Counted from the first letter of the stretch, positions 18,370-28,096 are shown. The stretch: DNA of 64,000 bases from Candidatus Obscuribacterales bacterium (GCA_965228855.1 CBDDIJ010000002.1:1824001-1888000), one strand, 5' to 3'. Notes: generated by a model not told the origin, from the letters alone. Program-made: numbers and translations.

Positions 18370-20208
18370 TCAGTTCGCTTGACGTGGCGCGCCCGACATC
18401 AACGCTTCTAGATGATCATAAGCAGCGTTGTACGTTTCGCCATCGAGCCGAAGCAGATCATCGATTATCCATTCTTGCAGCGGACGTTCGGACAGCAGGA
18501 ATCGAACGTCCTTCTGCCCCTGACGCGCAGTTCTAAACAGTTTGCCGTTGATCGAGATTGTCAATCCTTGCGTCGAGTTTCTTCCGCTTGGCTCACCTAA
18601 ATACAATTCAGCTTTCGGATGACTCCGCTCAGGGTCTCGCAACCAACACTCTGTGAGCTTCGGACGTGTGGCTCCCTCAGAGAATTTATCGAAATCAAGA
18701 AAGTAGGCGAATGCAGTTGACGGGTTTAAGAACTTGCCTTGAAGTAACCGAGAAAGACCGTTTACCTCGACAAATGACCAATATTCTTGAAACAAATTCG
18801 AGATGATTTGACGCAGATTGTACTCAAGCAACTCCCGATGCTCATGACCAGGCAACAAGCAGATCGGCATACCGCCACATTGCTTATACGGGCGCTGGAT
18901 AGTATCTACGCCCATACCCCTAAGAGTTTCTACCGACTCAACCAACTGGCGCAAGTACATGTGGGAAAAGTATAAACACGGATACGACTGTACCTGCCCG
19001 GCTTGTATTGCTTGTACAACTTCCGCCTGCGATACCTGCGCGACGTGCGGGTAATCACCCATAAAGAGCCCATCAAGCGTAGGAATCTGTTGATCTCCGT
19101 TTGGATCGAATGCTAAGCCGTGTTTTTTCAGCGCCTGTTCATACCAAGCGGGTAGGTATGTCGTGGCACCATACGCGACGTCGTCGAGCTTCAATACTGA
19201 ATTAGCTTTTAGTCCCATGGCAAGACCGAAGCGATCAACGAATGCGAAGATGGTTTCCGCGCATAGCATTTGGCCACCAAGCCGGAAAAGACGATTCTGA
19301 AATCCGGTCCGATATACTTGGTAGAGAAAATCCTTTGCCATCAGATCAGGCCGAAGCAGATCAGATCTGCCAATCGTCTTACTGGAAAGCCCCTCATTTA
19401 GTCCATCGATAGAAAACTGACTAATACTGGTGGCACCACGAGCAGTATCACCGTCTCTCTCAAATTCTAGTCCTTTGGGCACCTGGACGAGTAAAGGACC
19501 GTTACTGCATTTTTCGACGGCATATTCTCGAAAAGTAACCGATTCAATGTCGTGGCTGAATAAGGCAACTCCAAACTTCCAAACGTTCGGAAAAAGGACG
19601 GGCTTCAGAACCTTGAACTCGGAGTCCAGTCCGGTGTTTATGGTATCCACATATAGTTGAAAAGCGCCAACAAGATCGCTTGGGATTCCAGAGAGCGACA
19701 GTTCGTGCAATATCTCAGTGCGCAGTATGTGCGCTCCCTTAAATAAGGCCTGATACTGCTGCAGAATCACTTTCCACATTTGAATGTATTGATGTGAGTC
19801 CGTGATTACATCTGTCTGTTGATCGAAATGAACTGTAAACGTCTGTTGTTCTGGTCTGTACTCGGGCATCGAGTGATGTATGTGTTTCCAGTACACATCA
19901 CCGCCTTCGACATCAACGCACACGAGAAGAATAGGTGCGAAACAGATCCTGCTGTAGGCAACCAGTGACGTCGGGCATGGATAGCTTGTTTTGCCCCTTC
20001 CTATTGCTTTAACCTGTACTTCAAACTTGCCCACCGGCACGCGTCTCGAATCAACTAATGTCAACGTACCATCAGTATTTGGCGTTTTGTCCCGGGTCTG
20101 CACGTCCGCCTTTACTACATTTGAATCTATGCGTTCACAAAAGATGGTGACGGCGCGAAATTCGGCCGTATCTGTCTGAGGATAGGTCGCTGGCTCTGGT
20201 TCACGCAT
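18370..20208 (-). CDS. DUF4365-like N-terminal nuclease domain protein
   Basis: E..AV, DKTPNTDG, FEVQVK, PILLVCVD...YW; ATG 20208 overlaps the upstream stop (ATGCGTGA). Confidence 0.72.
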   Translation of the reverse strand: MREPEPATYPQTDTAEFRAVTIFCERIDSNVVKADVQTRDKTPNTDGTLTLVDSRRVPVGKFEVQVKAIGRGKTSYPCPTSLVAYSRICFAPILLVCVDVEGGDVYWKHIHHSMPEYRPEQQTFTVHFDQQTDVITDSHQYIQMWKVILQQYQALFKGAHILRTEILHELSLSGIPSDLVGAFQLYVDTINTGLDSEFKVLKPVLFPNVWKFGVALFSHDIESVTFREYAVEKCSNGPLLVQVPKGLEFERDGDTARGATSISQFSIDGLNEGLSSKTIGRSDLLRPDLMAKDFLYQVYRTGFQNRLFRLGGQMLCAETIFAFVDRFGLAMGLKANSVLKLDDVAYGATTYLPAWYEQALKKHGLAFDPNGDQQIPTLDGLFMGDYPHVAQVSQAEVVQAIQAGQVQSYPCLYFSHMYLRQLVESVETLRGMGVDTIQRPYKQCGGMPICLLPGHEHRELLEYNLRQIISNLFQEYWSFVEVNGLSRLLQGKFLNPSTAFAYFLDFDKFSEGATRPKLTECWLRDPERSHPKAELYLGEPSGRNSTQGLTISINGKLFRTARQGQKDVRFLLSERPLQEWIIDDLLRLDGETYNAAYDHLEALMSGAPRQAN

Positions 20209-21202
20209 CTCGGGCGACTCCAAATTCGAACCAGTTTTCGCTCTCTGGACGTTCCTCCTTAGCACTGCTACCTTGAACAAATGGAACTATCTGTTGGCTA
20301 GAGAGCACCGCATCTCCCTTCTTTAGCGCGCCTCTAAAAACGACACTCTCGATCCGAAAGTTCCGATTCTTTTGAATGAACATGGGTACCCATTCATGCG
20401 CATCCCGATAAAAGACAAGGTCCTCCGCGCTCTGCACGACTATTCGATTTATGTTTCTGACTTGCTCCCTCGTCGCAGAGTACATACGGAATTTGACCTC
20501 CGCCGGCGTCGGCCGATTCTTTACCTCAGGGTCTGGCTTGATACGAACCGCGACTTTAGGTGTTAGCGGAATCACCTTATTGTTGATGTTCGTGAATCGG
20601 TTAGACGGCTCAAGCCCAATCGGGTAGTCGCTCGTAAAAAATGGACTTTCATCGAATTCATTGTGAATGATTTCCCAATCGCATTTACCTAGAATCGCGG
20701 TTGTTTTCTCGATGTTCTGAATGCCGAATGCTTGCGGATATTTCCCGTCAATTCGTATCTCGGCTGCTCCGTCTTCGATCATTTGATCAATGCTGACGCC
20801 ATGGAGCCGGGGAACAATCCCTTTGCGATCAAGAATTTTCGCCGTTGACGTGAGCAGTTGCCGCAGGAACGGCGCGTGCAATCTCATTGATGTGGGAGAG
20901 CACGAGCTTATGCATGAAACAAGCCCAGCAATAGCTCGAACGGTTTCATGATCAACACGCCCAACTGAAAGATTGCTTACAGCATCGTTATATCTCGGCT
21001 CAAACTCTTCCAGAAAGCCTTCAATCATCCGATCATCAGCAAGATATCGATTGGTGCTGCCGTCTTGAATTGCACATACCGCCTTCGTTCCGGGAGTAAA
21101 TGTCTTCAGATCGCTCTTGCGAATCGCGTGCAATCGTCCCCCGGACGGCAAAGATACCCATCCCTTGAGATGCACCTGCGGAACATAATGATCTAGTGGC
21201 AC
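20201..21202 (-). CDS. DUF4238-like protein
   Basis: N-terminal HYVPQ.HL..W, IE..L..FE, FFTSDYP, PLTP..A, IN; GTG start with GAGG RBS. Confidence 0.8.
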   Translation of the reverse strand: MPLDHYVPQVHLKGWVSLPSGGRLHAIRKSDLKTFTPGTKAVCAIQDGSTNRYLADDRMIEGFLEEFEPRYNDAVSNLSVGRVDHETVRAIAGLVSCISSCSPTSMRLHAPFLRQLLTSTAKILDRKGIVPRLHGVSIDQMIEDGAAEIRIDGKYPQAFGIQNIEKTTAILGKCDWEIIHNEFDESPFFTSDYPIGLEPSNRFTNINNKVIPLTPKVAVRIKPDPEVKNRPTPAEVKFRMYSATREQVRNINRIVVQSAEDLVFYRDAHEWVPMFIQKNRNFRIESVVFRGALKKGDAVLSSQQIVPFVQGSSAKEERPESENWFEFGVARDA

Positions 21203-21265
21203 TTTCGGTCCTCACGATTAACGACGTATGGCATTCGAAAACGGGCCATCAGCCGAGAACCCTCT

Positions 21266-21311
21266 ATTGTCGCGCGTAAGCAAGCGGATATCAAGCGCGC
21301 CAATTGATATC
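21266..21311 (-). promoter_or_regulatory. Candidate promoter of the DUF4238 operon with overlapping palindrome
   Basis: Minus strand TTGATA-N17-GACAAT; GATATCAA-N9-TTGATATC palindrome at 21287-21311 covers the -35. Confidence 0.45.
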
Positions 21312-21456
21312 GACTCGCAATCCAGTGCATATCCACCTACCTCTAGAGAGCACTAGCTCGGTCATGGCACAAAGCCGTGGCACATGACGGCGCGGACGTA
21401 TCCGATACTGCCTATGGTGGCATCGCGACAATTGGATCGCCAGCGCAAGTCGCTAC

Positions 21457-21650
21457 GGGTACGGCAAAGGGTAAGGCGTGCGCTAGGCATAACGCTAGGC
21501 GTGGGTTAGGCAATGGGTTAGGCGAGATTAGCGACGCTACCGTAGCTCTCTTGATTCGCGCGAATAGAAACGATAGACGAACTTCGTTGATTGAGCTTTC
21601 TCAAGCTCGACGATGCTAATCGCGTTTGCATTAGGCATTGCATTAGGCGC
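21457..21650 (+). repeat. Four 23-bp units, each a pair of (T)AGGC-core direct repeats
   Basis: Units at 21457, 21480, 21503 and 21628, e.g. GGGTTAGGCAATGGGTTAGGCGA and GCATTAGGCATTGCATTAGGCGC. Confidence 0.75.
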
Positions 21651-21670
21651 GCACTTTTTACCTACCCCAA

Positions 21671-21706
21671 TAAAAAACCGCCGGTTCTTTCGAGACCGGC
21701 GGTTTT
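21671..21706 (-). terminator. Rho-independent terminator downstream of tRNA
   Basis: AAAACCGCCGG/CCGGCGGTTTT stem with U tract on minus strand. Confidence 0.8.
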
Positions 21707-21720
21707 ACTAGGCTTTTAAT

Positions 21721-21797
<77 letters not shown>

Positions 21798-22015
21798 ACC
21801 TACAAGTATCGCCGATCGCCCCCAGCTAAGCAAACCCATCGCGACATTTACTTCGCCTCGTAGTGGTAACATAAACTGTGCACGCTGACGGGCTGCGGTT
21901 TCCGGCGCGATTTGTTTTGGTTCATGAACGGTAACGTTGATGTTGTAAGGAGATCGCCATCCGCAAAATGCGCTCCGCGAGTGTCTTTATAGTGGATTGG
22001 TGAAAGAGCAGGGAA

Positions 22016-22468
22016 ATGAAAGCAGTTTTGCAACGGGTTTCGTCCGCGTCTGTAACGGTTGATGGTCAAATTGTCGGCGAAATAGGTAAGGGTTTGCTCA
22101 TACTTGTCGGCGTCGAGCAGGGCGACACCGATGCGGACAGCACCTATCTTGCGCAGAAGACCGTAGAGCTGCGCATATTCAATGATAACGACGGCAAGAT
22201 GAACCTCTCGCTCGCCGATGTTGGCGGTCAAGCGTTGATTGTGTCGCAGTTTACGCTGATTGCGGACTGGAAGAAGGGGCGCAGACCGGGTTTCAGCCGC
22301 GCCGCGAAACCGGAAGAGGGCAAAAGGCTTTACGAGCACTACGTTGAGTGCATTCGCAACCAAGGCATAACCGGCGGAACCGGCATTTTTGGCGCTCATA
22401 TGGAGGTCGCGCTGGTCAACGACGGACCGGTAACCTTGCTTCTGGAGACGGAATCGAAGTCTGTTTGA
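22016..22468 (+). CDS. dtd: D-aminoacyl-tRNA deacylase
   Basis: MKAVLQRV, SQFTL, KGRRP.F, NDGPVT. Confidence 0.96.
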   Translation: MKAVLQRVSSASVTVDGQIVGEIGKGLLILVGVEQGDTDADSTYLAQKTVELRIFNDNDGKMNLSLADVGGQALIVSQFTLIADWKKGRRPGFSRAAKPEEGKRLYEHYVECIRNQGITGGTGIFGAHMEVALVNDGPVTLLLETESKSV

Positions 22469-22572
22469 GAATTAGTTAAGCTGCGGCGCGCCGTCCATGA
22501 ACTGCTTTTAGGCTGTCGCATGGCAACCTCGTAGTATATTTGGTTGCAATGTAGAACCAAGTCAGGGCAACC

Positions 22573-23568
22573 ATGAAAAATCCTTCCAAGGCAATCGGAG
22601 TGGCAATCGGCGTTATTGCCGGTTTGGGCATCTCAACTGGCTGTGCGAATGCGGGCTCTTCTTTCGAAGACAACGACATCGCGCCATTCATCAGCGGTTC
22701 CGGTGATAAATCGAGACCTTCCACATTTTCGGATGAACTGCCGAAGGTGCAAAAGCCAGTCGTGAAAGCGGCTCCCAGGGCGGCGGTGAAGGTTCCTCAC
22801 CGCACAAGCAACGCCTGGCGCCCCGCGTATGAGGAAGAGGAAACCCCCGCGACTGAGGAAGAAGAGGAAGAGGACGACGACGATCTTTCTATAGAAGAGA
22901 AAGCGGCGAAGCAGCAAGCGAAGCTCGAGAAGAAAATCGCTGAGGAAAACGCGCTTCCCACGTCCGACGACCCTGACTACTATTACAAGCGCGCTCAGTT
23001 CTACATGGGCAAGAAGCATTACAAACAGGCGCTTCTCGACATCAATGAGTGCATGAAACTCAAGCCTGATTACTGGGAAGCTCGCTACCTGGGCGCCTAT
23101 ATTTTGCAACTGCAAGGTCGCACGAACGAAGCAATCGAGCACTACAAAAAGTACGTTGCTGTTCGGCAGCATGACATTCAAGCGCGCATCAATCTTGGAA
23201 CTCTTCTCCGGAAAGCCGGTGATTATGCGGATGCCGAAGAGCAGTACAAGAAAGCGATCGAGATCAATTTCTATTCTTTCCCGGCGCACTACAATCTCGC
23301 CAATGTGCTGATCGATCAGCACAAGAACGAAGATGCGCTCAAAGAACTAAAAGCATGTATGAAACTGCAACCGCGCAACGCCTGGGTTCATAACAATCTC
23401 GGCGTGATTTATCAAAAGCGCAATTATCTAGAAGAGGCTGAAGAGGAGTTTGTTCGCGCATTGCGTCTCGACCCCGCTAACAAAACCTTCGAGCAAAATC
23501 TTGCCTTGCTCAGGCAGCGCAAGAGTCAGAACAAAGAGATGCGAGCCGACGCGGCAGATCTGCTCTAA
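22573..23568 (+). CDS. Exported TPR repeat protein
   Basis: Signal peptide, acidic linker, several canonical TPRs (AHYNLANVL, VHNNLGVIY). Confidence 0.85.
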   Translation: MKNPSKAIGVAIGVIAGLGISTGCANAGSSFEDNDIAPFISGSGDKSRPSTFSDELPKVQKPVVKAAPRAAVKVPHRTSNAWRPAYEEEETPATEEEEEEDDDDLSIEEKAAKQQAKLEKKIAEENALPTSDDPDYYYKRAQFYMGKKHYKQALLDINECMKLKPDYWEARYLGAYILQLQGRTNEAIEHYKKYVAVRQHDIQARINLGTLLRKAGDYADAEEQYKKAIEINFYSFPAHYNLANVLIDQHKNEDALKELKACMKLQPRNAWVHNNLGVIYQKRNYLEEAEEEFVRALRLDPANKTFEQNLALLRQRKSQNKEMRADAADLL

Positions 23569-23570
23569 AG

Positions 23571-24350
23571 CTACTGCACCTTAATCGAACCGACCAGTGC
23601 GTCGAGTTCCGCAATGGTTGGTGTGAATGTGGTATCACTCAATTTATTGAGTTTTTCTTGCTGCGCCTTCGAATAAGTCTCGTAATTCTTGCTGAACGCA
23701 TCGTACTTCTCTTTGCTGTAGGTCTCGATATTGCCCTTGTCCGGCAGCGATTTCGTTTTGATCGGAATCATCGCAGAGACGAAATATTTTCCGTCCGCGC
23801 TAAGACCTTGCATCGAATAAATCAGTCCATCGTTCGACATCACGTTTGGTTCAATTTGATAGGTCGCCAGATATCGCACTCCGGAGCCGTTCTTGAACGA
23901 AACATATTTGACTTTGGAATGAATCGGAGTTGACGCATCCTCCCACGGCAGGAAAGGAACGTCTTTGGGCGCCGCCGGCTTCTTCTTCAGAAGAGCGCCG
24001 AGATCCCTTGTTGCGTCTGCGACTGTTGGGTAGGAAGTGCGAAAGTTTTTCACTTTCGCGTCTGCTGTTGGTATCACATAAAGGTGTGCATTCGTTTTAC
24101 CGAATGTGATTTCCCAATGTTCCGGTGCTACGCCGTCCGGCTTGTCATCAGGAGTTTCGAGTGGGGAAGCCGCTACTTTTTTCGAGGAAAATTTCCCGCC
24201 CATCGTCATCGGATAGCTGAAGGAAACTCCTTTCGAATTGAAGTTGACCATCCCCTCTGCGGCTCGCGCGTCGCTGGTCGAAATCGTTCCAGCTGCAGCG
24301 AGTAGTGTAAGCAAACAAAGGTTTCTTCTAAGCATTCCAATCGGCTCCAT
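23571..24350 (-). CDS. Exported hypothetical protein
   Basis: Signal peptide ending ARA; G.GVRYL..Y, Y..QGLS.DGKYFVS. Confidence 0.7.
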   Translation of the reverse strand: MEPIGMLRRNLCLLTLLAAAGTISTSDARAAEGMVNFNSKGVSFSYPMTMGGKFSSKKVAASPLETPDDKPDGVAPEHWEITFGKTNAHLYVIPTADAKVKNFRTSYPTVADATRDLGALLKKKPAAPKDVPFLPWEDASTPIHSKVKYVSFKNGSGVRYLATYQIEPNVMSNDGLIYSMQGLSADGKYFVSAMIPIKTKSLPDKGNIETYSKEKYDAFSKNYETYSKAQQEKLNKLSDTTFTPTIAELDALVGSIKVQ

Positions 24351-24413
24351 CGGCAGTTGCGCTAACAGCCTATGAGTATATCGCGATTGAATTGCTGGCA
24401 GCAGGTCCTCTGT

Positions 24414-24902
24414 TTAGCGACGATTGCCGTGCTTGAAGATGTTCAGATCTATGTGGATATCAACGTTGCCGTTGCCGCCCCGTCCATAACCGCCTGGTGG
24501 GTGTCCTTGTGGGAAGCGACCCGGTGGATATTGGGGATACTGGTTCGGATATCGGTCGCCGTAATAGCGCGGCGGGGTGTTGTCGATGATTCGAATGTCG
24601 TCCCAGAGTCCGTTGCGGCGGTCAGGTCGACCGAGGTAGATATCGCCTCCGACGCCTTTGCGGTCGCGTTGTTCGACTTCGCGGACCAGATACTTTTGAC
24701 CTTCAAAATCGAGTTGATTGAGATCGTTGTTGAGTCTTTGAACGGCGCGGTTGATGTTACCGCTATCCAGTTCTCTTGCGATTTGCCATGCTTCTTGCTG
24801 CAGCGGGTTTGGTCCCTGGTGGTGTCGTCGGTCGTCTCCAAAAACGTCGCGCGCTACCCGGCCCAGGTCAACATGAATGCCAAGGTCAAAGTCTTTGCCC
24901 AT
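24414..24902 (-). CDS. Hypothetical protein with P/G/Y-rich tail
   Basis: GAGG RBS; plausible coding composition, preferred over the overlapping plus-strand ORF. Confidence 0.6.
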   Translation of the reverse strand: MGKDFDLGIHVDLGRVARDVFGDDRRHHQGPNPLQQEAWQIARELDSGNINRAVQRLNNDLNQLDFEGQKYLVREVEQRDRKGVGGDIYLGRPDRRNGLWDDIRIIDNTPPRYYGDRYPNQYPQYPPGRFPQGHPPGGYGRGGNGNVDIHIDLNIFKHGNRR

Positions 24903-25065
24903 GGTTGGTATTCCTCAAATTTTGTGATTACAGAACAGCAGTGTTTGGATATTTTGGTTGATGCCAAGAAGAAGCACAAGGGGAAATTTACGCAAATCGC
25001 GAGTGTCGCGAACGGTCATTTAGAGAATTTCGAATGTGTTTTCCTTGAGTGTTCTTGCATTGTAA

Positions 25066-25173
25066 TTTCGATTTGGATCATTTCCGTGGAACTGGAAAGT
25101 TATTTCGAATTGGATCATTTCCGTGGAACCGGAAAGTTGTTTCGAAGAATCTTTCCCTTGGAACCAGGAGATG
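25066..25173. repeat. 37-bp tandem repeat (2 near-identical plus 1 degenerate copy)
   Basis: TTTCGA(T/A)TTGGATCATTTCCGTGGAAC(T/C)GGAAAGTT at 25066 and 25103; degenerate copy at 25140. Confidence 0.85.
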
Positions 25174-25215
25174 CTTTGTACGGCACTACCGACTGGGCGC
25201 TCAAACCGCCTGCGC

Positions 25216-26007
25216 CTATCCGACTTCCAGGCCCGCAGGCAGGTCATTCAGCCAGCGCACTCGCGTCGTGATCGAGCCGTTCGGACCGAGAGACAGCACC
25301 CGATAGCCCGGCGGCAGCGGCGCTATGCTGACACCCTGATCCTCGACCTTGAATTGAATGCAGGTCGACGGACTCGCATATAAAGGAACACCGTTGCGAC
25401 TCAGCTGATACTCGCCGTGAACGTGACCCCAGAGCACGCCGCGAACATTTTTGTGCTTGTCCAGCAATCTGAAGAACGCGCCTGCGTTTTCTAAACCTTT
25501 ATCGTCCTCTGGAATTTTTGCAATCGGAATTGCATTGTGGTGCAAACAGACAAGAGCGTTTAAATCGGCGTAGCGCGAAAGTTCTTCATCGAGCCGAGCG
25601 AGTTCCTCATCACTGAGCCGACCTTCGACGTTCTGCGGCAGAACTGAATCAAGCAAAACAAACAACCAATTACCTGCCGAAAAACTTCTGTCGTGCCGAA
25701 TGTTTGACTGCGAGCCTTTTTTAAAGGCCCACTTCATTGTTTCAAAACAGTCGTGATTGCCCGGAAGGAAATAAACAGGTACATTGGCTGGCTCGATAAT
25801 TTCGCGCACGCGTTCATAAGACTGAGAGGTTTCATCCATAGAAACATCGCCAGTCAGTAAGATGAAATCCGGCGAGCCTTCATTGGCAAGCGCGTGTTCG
25901 ACCGTTTCCCTGAACGTGTCATACGTGTCCACGCCCCGCATTCGGCTCGAAGAATCCCCGTATAGATGCGTATCGGTGAACTGAAGAACCGTGAGGGTTT
26001 TCGTCAT
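25216..26007 (-). CDS. cpdA: 3',5'-cyclic nucleotide phosphodiesterase (CpdA/Icc metallophosphoesterase)
   Basis: DTH, TGD, PGNHD, HH, GHVH, PSTCIQF, PGYR. Confidence 0.85.
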   Translation of the reverse strand: MTKTLTVLQFTDTHLYGDSSSRMRGVDTYDTFRETVEHALANEGSPDFILLTGDVSMDETSQSYERVREIIEPANVPVYFLPGNHDCFETMKWAFKKGSQSNIRHDRSFSAGNWLFVLLDSVLPQNVEGRLSDEELARLDEELSRYADLNALVCLHHNAIPIAKIPEDDKGLENAGAFFRLLDKHKNVRGVLWGHVHGEYQLSRNGVPLYASPSTCIQFKVEDQGVSIAPLPPGYRVLSLGPNGSITTRVRWLNDLPAGLEVG

Positions 26008-26014
26008 TGAGTTA

Positions 26015-26854
26015 TTAGTTGATTTGAACGCCGAGATCGTTGGTCAGCAGAACTTCGATTTCTTGACCAGGTCCGAGGCTGACGTTGTCGCCTTGAGAGA
26101 ACAGTGCAATTGCGGAACTGCCGATTGCTGTCGCGATAACTGGCGCGCCAAGAGTGGCGATGTTCGCCGCGACCAGTGCGCCCTTCGTGCTGCCGTCCGG
26201 ATTTACGCCCGCAACTGCTTTGACGTTGCCTTCCACTCTGGTACCAAAGCTGGTGCCCGGGTCGAGTTCACCTTTCTTGTTGGACAAACCTTTTTTGAAT
26301 TCAACCGATGCGTCGAGTGGTATCACTTCGCCTGATGGCGTTACGATTTGCTCGAGTTTTAAACCGATTTTTGCAGCACGGCTGAGCAGGCGGGGTTTCA
26401 CAACCTGAGCGACGCGCCCTCGGACGAAACTTCCGCGAGGTAGAAGCAAAGTCATACCCACGTACAAGTCATCTTTGACGTGCGCTTCGAAGAGATCTCC
26501 AGGTTGGCTGGCTTTGGCGTCTACGGCAGTTTCAAGCACAAGTCGTAAGCGGGTCTCGACGGGAAGCGTCGTTGACGCCAGGTCTGCTTTGAGTGCGGTG
26601 CCGCTTCCGCCACCGCTACCGGTATCAATACCTGCGCTGCCTGGTTGCGCATCACCGCCTCTGGCTGCGAAGTCCGGAATGTTTTTCGGAGCCATTGTCT
26701 GCGCCGGTTTCAAACCGTCAATGCCCACTGCTGGTGAGTATCTAGGCTGGCGAGAGTCGGCGTGCTTATACTTTGTCGCGGCATCCGCGCACGGTGCAAG
26801 CATGAACGTTAGAGCAAGCGCGGCTGCAAGAGACCTTTGACTCGCTGACTTCAT
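26015..26854 (-). CDS. Exported protein with TrbI/VirB10-like beta domain
   Basis: Signal peptide; LP..T.L.L.L...VD......GD.F.A.V..D, LPRGS.V.G.V. Confidence 0.6.
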   Translation of the reverse strand: MKSASQRSLAAALALTFMLAPCADAATKYKHADSRQPRYSPAVGIDGLKPAQTMAPKNIPDFAARGGDAQPGSAGIDTGSGGGSGTALKADLASTTLPVETRLRLVLETAVDAKASQPGDLFEAHVKDDLYVGMTLLLPRGSFVRGRVAQVVKPRLLSRAAKIGLKLEQIVTPSGEVIPLDASVEFKKGLSNKKGELDPGTSFGTRVEGNVKAVAGVNPDGSTKGALVAANIATLGAPVIATAIGSSAIALFSQGDNVSLGPGQEIEVLLTNDLGVQIN

Positions 26855-27010
26855 TATTTCTCCTTACCTTCCATAGAAACGTGTTTTTTATTCCGTGGCG
26901 TTACTGTTTTGACCTTCCGGTATCTTTATTTCGTGCCGTCTGCGTTGACCATGTCCGGTTTCGGTTCGGGCTTCCCGTTGTACGGAGCAGATGTTGTCGA
27001 CAACTGCGTT

Positions 27011-27790
27011 TTAAACGCCAGTTACAACCGATACGACGTGGGGCGCCGCCAAAAGTGCCTCCACCTTGGCAATGTCTTCGGGCACGTCCACGCCGGGGGA
27101 GGCGTGATTGTTGATGACGACCTTAATGCGGATGCCGTTTTCCAGTGCGCGCAACTGCTCTAGTTTCTCAGTCATCTCGAGCGGCGTCGGCTCAAGTTTC
27201 GCGATGCGCTGAAGGGTTTCTTTCTTGTAGACGTAAAGTCCGGCATGACCGAGGCGCTGCACATGCGGTTGTTCGCCGGGGTCGCGTTCGAATGGAATTG
27301 GGTAGCGCGAGAAGTAGAGCGCGAAACCGTTTCTATCCAGCACGACTTTCACCAGCTGCGGGCTGCGCCATTTCTCTTCATCGTTGATTGCGTAAGCGAT
27401 TGTCGACATTTCGACATTGCCGTCTTCCAGCAGAGGTCTGATGGCCGCATCGATGGCGAGCGGTGATATCAGAGGCTCGTCGCCTTGAACGTTGCAGATT
27501 ATTTTGATGTCCGGCAGATTGCTAGCCACTTCTGCCAGCCGGTCCGTACCTGTGCTGTGGTCGGAGGCGGTCATGCAAATCTCGCCACCGAAGCCTCTGA
27601 CAGCGTTTGCGATGCGGTCGTCGTCAGTTGCCACGATCACGCGGTCGGCGAGAGTCGCTTGTTTTGCCTGTTCCCACACACGCTGAATCATGAGTTTTCC
27701 GCCGATAAGCGTGAGCGGTTTTCCCGGAAAGCGTGTTGACGCGTAGCGAGCAGGGATTACGATGGCGACGCCGGTTCTTGAAGCAGACAT
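27011..27790 (-). CDS. kdsB: 3-deoxy-manno-octulosonate cytidylyltransferase
   Basis: IPARYASTRFPGKPL, GTDR, NVQGDEP, ALYFSR, EKLEQLRALE. Confidence 0.96.
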   Translation of the reverse strand: MSASRTGVAIVIPARYASTRFPGKPLTLIGGKLMIQRVWEQAKQATLADRVIVATDDDRIANAVRGFGGEICMTASDHSTGTDRLAEVASNLPDIKIICNVQGDEPLISPLAIDAAIRPLLEDGNVEMSTIAYAINDEEKWRSPQLVKVVLDRNGFALYFSRYPIPFERDPGEQPHVQRLGHAGLYVYKKETLQRIAKLEPTPLEMTEKLEQLRALENGIRIKVVINNHASPGVDVPEDIAKVEALLAAPHVVSVVTGV

Positions 27791-28096
27791 TAAACACCTG
27801 AGCCAATCGGAGATAAGGTCCTAATTATCCAGGATTTTTTGCGATTCTACGTTTACTCGGCTTCAGGTTTCGAGACAGGGTAATCGCTGACGGGCGGTAG
27901 TATTGGCTTTGTTGTCAGTAGAAAGTTCGACTGGGTGGGCGATTGCGGAAAAATTCGCTATTCGGCTGGCTGTTTCAGTTTTCCGCCCAGGCTTGCACAA
28001 AAATGAAAAATGGGTAATAACAAATAGATGGACCTTCGTAAAATTTGCCTTTTGTGATGTAGCAAGGATGCATTAGAGACCCAGAGAGGTAATCCT

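Larger units (their letters stand above)
1..21720. mobile_element. Integrative mobilisable/conjugative element (right part), inserted at tRNA-Met 3' end; left end outside window
   Basis: Relaxase, VirD4, RHH, three excisionase-type HTHs, ssb, radC, a TA pair, hsdS and nuclease cargo end at a tRNA 3' end; housekeeping genes resume beyond the tRNA. Confidence 0.85.

Noticed and set aside
21377..21619. 80-aa ORF
   Set aside because: It is just the translation of the repeat region and has no protein features
21457..21650. Possible CRISPR or iteron replication origin
   Set aside because: Units are degenerate and lack spacers; no Rep gene nearby; position at the tRNA junction fits att arms better
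21848..22399. 183-aa minus-strand ORF
   Set aside because: Antisense to the clear dtd gene
25066..25173. Possible CRISPR array (37-bp repeats)
   Set aside because: Repeats are directly adjacent with no unique spacers, and there are no cas genes
24372..25271. 299-aa plus-strand ORF
   Set aside because: Antisense shadow of the 24414-24902 gene that also runs through the tandem repeat
26015..26854. VirB10-like gene as part of the element's T4SS
   Set aside because: It lies outside the tRNA boundary among housekeeping genes, with no other virB genes
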